From Planctomycetota bacterium (GTDB taxonomy: Bacteria; Planctomycetota; UBA8108; UBA1146): a stretch of DNA of 63,273 nucleotides. The position numbers and the translations under genes are program-made. Location: assembly GCA_036338595.1 (NCBI GenBank), contig JAYZBV010000111.1, forward strand, positions 1-63,273, in the 5' to 3' direction. Positions within the stretch are counted from its first letter, which is position 1, and each line of letters begins with the position of its first letter. Below, piece by piece: positions 57,705 to 63,273 of the stretch. The notes under the pieces were generated by a model that saw only the letters and a list, made by a program, of their open reading frames with translations, was not told the DNA's origin and searched no databases.

Positions 57705-59066
57705 TTGCCAAGGGCTCGCACCCTATTTCTGTGCCTTGAATGTGGCACCTCCCATGAGCGTCACATGGGCCGCTGCCCCGACTGCAATACCTTCAACTCG
57801 CTCAAGGAACACAAAATCGCTGCCGATTCTGGCGGAAAAGAACCTCGTCCTGTCGGGGATCGATCCACCGCAGTGCTGATCGATGAGGTCGAAGCCTGCG
57901 AAGAGGATCGCATCGCGACAGGGCTCATGGAGGTGGATCGCGTCCTCGGTGGTGGCCTGGTGCCCGGCAGTGGCATGCTGATCTCGGGGGAGCCAGGCAT
58001 CGGCAAATCAACCCTGCTACTGCAGATCGCACAGTCGATCTCTCGCCAGGGGCAACGGTTTCTGTACATCACAGGAGAGGAATCTGCTGCACAGGTTCGC
58101 CTGCGCTCCGATCGGATCGGCGAGGCGGGGAACGACTTGTGGTTGCACTCCGAGTGCGACCTCGACTCCATCGAGCAACAGATCAGTGAAAATCATCCCG
58201 CCGTCGTCGGGATCGATAGCATTCAGACCGTCAGCTGGGACGAGATCCCCGCCGGAGCAGGCGGAGTGGTTCAGGTTCGCGAAGTGACTTCCCGCCTGCT
58301 GAACATGGCGCGCAAGGTAGGCTTTCCTCTGCTGATGGTCGGCCATGTCACCAAGGATGGAACCGTAGCAGGACCCAGAACCCTGGAGCACATGGTCGAC
58401 GGCGTGCTGCAATTCGAGGGCGAGCGCGGCCACAACCTGCGGATTCTTCGAGCACTGAAAAACCGCTTCGGATCGACCGATGAGGTCGGAATTTTCGAGA
58501 TGCGTTCAGATGGTCTGCGGCAGGTCGACAATCCATCCGGATTGTTGCTCTCTCATCGTCACAGTGCATCACCGGGGTCAGCGACCGCAGCTGTACTCGA
58601 GGGAACAAGGCCGCTGCTGGTCGAGATACAAGCACTGGTCACACCCGCTGCACATGGAACCCCAGCTCGAAAGCCCTCGGGAATCGAGGCGGGGAGGCTC
58701 TCGATGCTCGCTGCGGTGCTCGAAAAACGGCTCGGGATCCCCCTGGGTGGCTGTGACATTCACGCCAACGCCGTCGGTGGAGTCAAACTGAAGGGAACAG
58801 CGGGAGACCTGGCGCTCGCTGCAGCGATCCTCTCCTCGTTTCATGACCGTTCCCTGCCCAGAGATGTCATCTTCGCAGGTGAAGTCGGCTTGCTCGGCGA
58901 GGTGCGACCCGTGCCTGGTACCAGACAGCGACTGGAAGAGGCGAGCAGGCTCGGTTTTCACTCGGCCTGCGTGGCTCCGGGTAGTCTCGATGGACCTGGC
59001 CCTGATGGGATGCGGATCCACGAAACAGCCGAACTGGCCACACTGGCGAGCAGGTTTGTTGAATGA
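57705..59066 (+). CDS. radA: DNA repair protein RadA/Sms
   Basis: CLEC..GRCPDC zinc finger; GEPGIGKSTLL; KNRFG; Lon-like C-terminus; TTG 57705 with RBS GGAGGA. Confidence 0.97.
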   Translation: MPRARTLFLCLECGTSHERHMGRCPDCNTFNSLKEHKIAADSGGKEPRPVGDRSTAVLIDEVEACEEDRIATGLMEVDRVLGGGLVPGSGMLISGEPGIGKSTLLLQIAQSISRQGQRFLYITGEESAAQVRLRSDRIGEAGNDLWLHSECDLDSIEQQISENHPAVVGIDSIQTVSWDEIPAGAGGVVQVREVTSRLLNMARKVGFPLLMVGHVTKDGTVAGPRTLEHMVDGVLQFEGERGHNLRILRALKNRFGSTDEVGIFEMRSDGLRQVDNPSGLLLSHRHSASPGSATAAVLEGTRPLLVEIQALVTPAAHGTPARKPSGIEAGRLSMLAAVLEKRLGIPLGGCDIHANAVGGVKLKGTAGDLALAAAILSSFHDRSLPRDVIFAGEVGLLGEVRPVPGTRQRLEEASRLGFHSACVAPGSLDGPGPDGMRIHETAELATLASRFVE

Positions 59067-59938
59067 TTCGGTCTCCACTGATCCGTTCAGGACTCGATCC
59101 TGGACAACCGCGAGGACGCCGACTCTGGACGATTCTCGGTATTCTCACCCTTGTATTCGTCATCCTGGGCTCGACCTTATCCATCTTCCCACACCCGGAT
59201 AGCACAACCCTGAACTCACTGCGAGGAGCTGAGCAGGATCAGAACTCCAGCGGTGCCTCTTCAACTTCACAACTGATCGAATCGGATGAGGTCCTGTCCT
59301 TTGACACCTGGATGTTACTGATAGTTCATTCCGTCTTTGGCCTGGAGCCCCCCCCCAGGGAACAGAACTCCTTTGGCTGGTGGTTATTCCAGATTCGCCA
59401 GATTTCTAAAACCACGACCGACCTGGCCAGAGGAGAAGTAGTGCTCGGGATCATGTTGCTGGCCAGTTTGATGGCGCGGTTTGCAGGACTCTCAGAAATC
59501 TCCAAGAAAAAAATCTATGCAGGCTTTCTCGGAATGCTCGTCGCCGGCTTCGTCACCTGGGTGATCAAGATCGGAACAGGCCGAGTGCGGCCCAACGGCC
59601 TGTTTTATCAGGGGAAAATCAACTGGGATCCGTTGTCGCTCGAGAATCTTCACCACAGTTTCCCATCTGGACATGCGACTGCAGCGGGAGCGCTGATGAT
59701 GGTCCTCGTCATCGGATTCCCACGCGTTCGATTCGTATGGGTCGGATTTGCCTTGTGGATCTGCGTCACCAGAGTTCTCACGGGCAACCATTGGCCCACG
59801 GATACTGCGATGGGGCTATTTCTCGGCTCCTTCTGCGTCGCAATTCTCACTTCCTGGGTTCAATCACGAACAACAGCCCAGATTCAGGAGCCCGAGTTGT
59901 ACCAGAGTTCCAGGGAAACCGTCTTGCCCGTGGAATAG
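59063..59938 (+). CDS. PAP2-family membrane phosphatase
   Basis: KIGTGRVRP, SFPSGH, TRVLTGNHWPTD. Confidence 0.9.
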   Translation: MIRSPLIRSGLDPGQPRGRRLWTILGILTLVFVILGSTLSIFPHPDSTTLNSLRGAEQDQNSSGASSTSQLIESDEVLSFDTWMLLIVHSVFGLEPPPREQNSFGWWLFQIRQISKTTTDLARGEVVLGIMLLASLMARFAGLSEISKKKIYAGFLGMLVAGFVTWVIKIGTGRVRPNGLFYQGKINWDPLSLENLHHSFPSGHATAAGALMMVLVIGFPRVRFVWVGFALWICVTRVLTGNHWPTDTAMGLFLGSFCVAILTSWVQSRTTAQIQEPELYQSSRETVLPVE

Positions 59939-61575
59939 TTGAGGGTTCCCGCATCTCCATTGCTCCACACTCTCTCACAACCCGATGCAACCGCCTCGAG
60001 TCCAGCACTTTCTCGTTTCTGGCGGGTGAGTATTAGCCAGGTAGGGTCCTTGGATTGCGCCCACTCCGAGACCCCACCCGGGTACTCATCGACCAGCGAA
60101 GGAACGGTACGCTGTGATGGGATAGGATCGCGATCGAGCGCAAATACCAGGGAAGGCTCGTTGTATCCATCGACCAGTATGGGGGCGTCGGGTGCAACAC
60201 TGCTGTCGATGACTTTCGCAATTTGAGGACCCAGTTGCCAACTGCCCTGCAGTTGGCCAAGACCGGTGAGCATCGACAGCAGACAGAATCCGGTGGCGGC
60301 TGCCAAAAAACCTGGACCTCTCCATTGCACGAATGACGCCCCTGGCTTCAGATTCATGGTCAGTGCTGCTGTAGTGATCAGCCCCGCGGCAACACATATC
60401 ATCGCCACATAACCACCACCGTAGTTCTTCAGAACTACGGTAAAAGCGATCGCCATGACAACCAACACGAGTGCCGCGAGCCAACGCCCCAGTTTCCCGG
60501 CAACCCCGCCAAGGAGCTTTTCATCCACCTCACCTCTCTCGACCCGAGTCCAGCACAGGGCCACCGTCACTGCGATTCCAGGGAAAATGGCCAGGATGTA
60601 GTGGGGCAGTTTTGTTGCGACCAGTGTCATCAGCAACAAGGTTGGCAGTATCAACGAGGCCAGAAGTACGCCGGTGCCATCGCCTCCGAACAGCTGGCGT
60701 CTCCTGGCCACTACCGGCACCAGTAGTGCAGAGATGGGCGCAGCTCCCAGCAGCAACACCGGCAAGTAGAAGGGCAATCCGAGGATCCAGCCGGACCAGC
60801 CCGAGCCCCCGTGACTCTCGAGCGCCGATGTGCTGCGCTCGATGAGGTGGCGCCCGATGCCGATGCGTGCCAGTTCACCACCAGTCGCAGCGTTGGCGGG
60901 AATCGCCCAGCCGAGAAAGATCGTGATCGAGATCAGCATGGCGATGGCCACCACCGCCCACCATCTGCGCCCAAGATCCAGTTTCTCTCTGCCAGCAATG
61001 GACGCCGATGCGCAAGCCAGCAGGAAGATACATGGACCCACTGGTCCCTTCGCTAGCATCGCCCATGAAAGAGCGAAGCAAAGCAGCGGCAAGTGCAGCC
61101 TGCGAGCTCCGTTCAGTGCACGATCAACGAGAATCGCCATCGAAACCGTTACTCCTGCCAGCATCGTGGCATCCGCCGTGGCCGCACTGCCGAGCAACAT
61201 CGGCAATGGCATCCACGCTCCCACTGCAGCAGCCCTCAACCCGACATCTGCACCTCCGAGAGTTTTTCCGATGTGAAAGGTGGCCAGTGCCGTGATGAGC
61301 GTCGCCAGGATCGATGGGATTCGTACCGCCAGGTCGGTAGCTCCGAGGGCGCCGATCCACGGCATCATCAGCCAGTAAACCAGTGGCGGCTTGTCTGGAC
61401 GCAGTTGACCATCGAAGCGGGGCACCATCACATCTCCGGTGCGAACCATCTCGACCGCCGCACGAGCGAAGCGAGGTTCATCTCGATCCCACAGCATCGT
61501 CACCGAAGCGATGTAGAAGCCCATCAGGGCCAGGCAGACCAGCAACAAGACCAACTTGATCCGGACCGGTTTCAT
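59884..61575 (-). CDS. ArnT/PMT-family (GT-C) glycosyltransferase
   Basis: DRDEPRFA, DKPPLVYW, LAKGPV, TKLPHY; many TMs; ATG 61575 with RBS GGAGG. Confidence 0.9.
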   Translation of the reverse strand: MKPVRIKLVLLLVCLALMGFYIASVTMLWDRDEPRFARAAVEMVRTGDVMVPRFDGQLRPDKPPLVYWLMMPWIGALGATDLAVRIPSILATLITALATFHIGKTLGGADVGLRAAAVGAWMPLPMLLGSAATADATMLAGVTVSMAILVDRALNGARRLHLPLLCFALSWAMLAKGPVGPCIFLLACASASIAGREKLDLGRRWWAVVAIAMLISITIFLGWAIPANAATGGELARIGIGRHLIERSTSALESHGGSGWSGWILGLPFYLPVLLLGAAPISALLVPVVARRRQLFGGDGTGVLLASLILPTLLLMTLVATKLPHYILAIFPGIAVTVALCWTRVERGEVDEKLLGGVAGKLGRWLAALVLVVMAIAFTVVLKNYGGGYVAMICVAAGLITTAALTMNLKPGASFVQWRGPGFLAAATGFCLLSMLTGLGQLQGSWQLGPQIAKVIDSSVAPDAPILVDGYNEPSLVFALDRDPIPSQRTVPSLVDEYPGGVSEWAQSKDPTWLILTRQKRESAGLEAVASGCERVWSNGDAGTLNYSTGKTVSLELWYNSGS

Positions 61576-61594
61576 ATTCTGGTCCCCCTCCAGA

Positions 61595-62698
61595 TCACTG
61601 CTCCAGGGCAGCTCGAACCTGGTCCCAGTCGATCTCGGGTGGCTGTAGATCACCGGTCAGGACGGTTTTCATCTGTTCGCGGATCGATTCAGCCCGCCCA
61701 CCTGGATCCGGGTGAGAAGAGAACCAGACGGGAACCGAAACCCCCTCCCCGGACACCTCCAGTCTCTCGAAGAAGGTCGCGAGACCATCTGGATTCCAAC
61801 CAGCTGCCTGCATCATCTGGAGTCCCTCGGTATCCGCTTCCGACTCCAGATCGCGGCTGTAACCTTGCCGGATCAGGATCTCGACACCACCGCCGAGAGC
61901 AGCCATCCCGGTGACATCGCCAAGCATCGCCTGAATCACCACGGCCAGCGACAGGGATTGCACCAACTGGCGCAGCCCATGGCGTTTCGTTGCATGGGCC
62001 ATCTCGTGAGCCAGGACTCCGGCCACTTCATCCGCACTCTCTGCTGCGGTGAGAAGGCCTGTGAATACGGTGATGTACCCCCCCGGCAGGCAATAGGCGT
62101 TGACCGTTTCACTCTCGACGATCACCATCTCCGGTTCGATTCCATCCAGGCTCAGATGAGGAATCAGAGATTCGAGAATCTGGTCCATGGCAGAGTGGAC
62201 CGTCGCATTCGTGTTGAGCTGCTCCCCTTCCAGCATCGATCGGTGCGCTGCCTTGCCAAGTTCCTGGTCGAAGGAAACGGGTAGGCTGTTAACCATCCAT
62301 CCTGCCGCTGCAATGATCCCGTAATAAAGGGCAACTCCGAGGATGGCCACGCTGATGATGGAGGCCGCCATCACCTTCGGGAAGGTCCACTGGCGTTTTC
62401 GTAACTTCGCAGCCGCCTGATCGAGCTGGTCGACCAGATCTGCAGGAGAGTTTGCCCTGACCTCCGCGAACACCTCGGGGTCACGCATCGAAAAGGCGAT
62501 GTCTGAATGTCGATCCTGGATACTGATGCACGTGCCCAGAACACCCGCACGAGCCTGAAGCAGATCTAGCGAAGCACTCTGGCCATCGCGACCCATCAAC
62601 CTGGCCCGCCCTCCCTCGATCCACAGCATCGCCGGGGAACTGACGCTGAACTCCCCGCCGTGCCCGGTGACAGGTAGACCCCCGGATGTGTCAACCAT
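61595..62698 (-). CDS. M48-family zinc metallopeptidase
   Basis: NAYCLPGG, GVLAHEMAH, YSRDLESEAD, SSHP. Confidence 0.92.
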   Translation of the reverse strand: MVDTSGGLPVTGHGGEFSVSSPAMLWIEGGRARLMGRDGQSASLDLLQARAGVLGTCISIQDRHSDIAFSMRDPEVFAEVRANSPADLVDQLDQAAAKLRKRQWTFPKVMAASIISVAILGVALYYGIIAAAGWMVNSLPVSFDQELGKAAHRSMLEGEQLNTNATVHSAMDQILESLIPHLSLDGIEPEMVIVESETVNAYCLPGGYITVFTGLLTAAESADEVAGVLAHEMAHATKRHGLRQLVQSLSLAVVIQAMLGDVTGMAALGGGVEILIRQGYSRDLESEADTEGLQMMQAAGWNPDGLATFFERLEVSGEGVSVPVWFSSHPDPGGRAESIREQMKTVLTGDLQPPEIDWDQVRAALEQ

Positions 62699-63273
62699 GG
62701 CGCGGCAGATCCGACCCAGGGCTGGCTCGTAGTGCCGGCTCGGCGCTGAACCCGGCGGGAGCCTCGATTCGTTCCACAGCCACCGCGGCGACCTTGAACT
62801 CCGGCGTCTCGGTTATCGGATCCACGTCTGGATTGGTGATGTTGTTGGTCAATGTCTCCTCGGGGAACGCAAAACTCATGAACACCGTTCCTGCCGGTGA
62901 GGTCCGGGTGATGGCGATGCGGGTCGTCACATCGCCTCTGCGCGAACTGATCCGTGCCCAGTCCCCATCCTCGAAGCCCAGTTTCTCGGCATCCCGGGGA
63001 TGGATCTCGAGCCACTCGTTGGGAACCAGGATCCGGAAACCTTTTGAACGGCCCGTCATCGTGTTGGTGTGGTAGGTCGGCAATCGTCGTCCCGTGGTCA
63101 GATAGAACGGGTATTCATCATCGGGATTCTCTGAGGGAGGGACGTAGTCGAGCAATTGTAACTTGCCCTTGCCGTTGATGAACTCGCCTTCATGGAGCAC
63201 GGGGGTACCCGGATGATCGTGATCCGGAACCGGCCAGTGCAACTCGCCACTGTCGATGCGATCGTAATCGAGG
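62691..63273 (-). CDS. Formate dehydrogenase alpha-subunit-like molybdopterin oxidoreductase, C-terminal part (truncated by window edge)
   Basis: Frame stays open to the window end (LDYDRIDSGELHWP); YPFYLTTGR, YHTNTMT, EIHPRDA, SRRG, DPITETPEFKVAAV. Confidence 0.88.
   Translation of the reverse strand, partial: LDYDRIDSGELHWPVPDHDHPGTPVLHEGEFINGKGKLQLLDYVPPSENPDDEYPFYLTTGRRLPTYHTNTMTGRSKGFRILVPNEWLEIHPRDAEKLGFEDGDWARISSRRGDVTTRIAITRTSPAGTVFMSFAFPEETLTNNITNPDVDPITETPEFKVAAVAVERIEAPAGFSAEPALRASPGSDLPRHG

Overview
A 63-kb, GC-rich (roughly 60% by eye), gene-dense bacterial chromosomal segment. The gene content suggests Planctomycetota/PVC (prenyltransferase-like barrel proteins, a carboxypeptidase-regulatory-like repeat protein, a Ser/Thr kinase with an FHA-GAF-sigma54 activator, HEAT proteins); that taxonomy is an inference. 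The centre (about 12.6-36.1 kb) is a type II secretion system split into two convergent halves, gspD-E-F-G-H-I-J on + and gspK-C-L-M on -. The halves bracket two Kelch-type lipoproteins and a HEAT-repeat protein. Upstream lies an overlapping three-gene module: Ser/Thr kinase, FHA-GAF-sigma54 activator, and a protein made only of secretin N-domains. Correctly oriented sigma54 (-24/-12) motifs precede each of the three T2SS transcription units. A fourth precedes a large disordered CxxCH-containing exported protein downstream of an NtrC-type two-component system. The rest holds a DUF971-MFP-RND-RND operon, hemF, a prenyltransferase-like/thiS/thiG/CPBP/dual-HTH cluster followed by a candidate anti-SD small RNA, TPR, GNAT, HEAT-cyclophilin, YkgJ and PEGA genes, murD, radA, PAP2, an ArnT-like glycosyltransferase, an M48 peptidase and the 3' end of a formate dehydrogenase alpha-like gene. 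I saw no tRNA, rRNA, CRISPR array, transposase or integrase. All calls come from motif recognition by eye with no database searches. Several start codons were moved from the ORF track using RBS and overlap logic.
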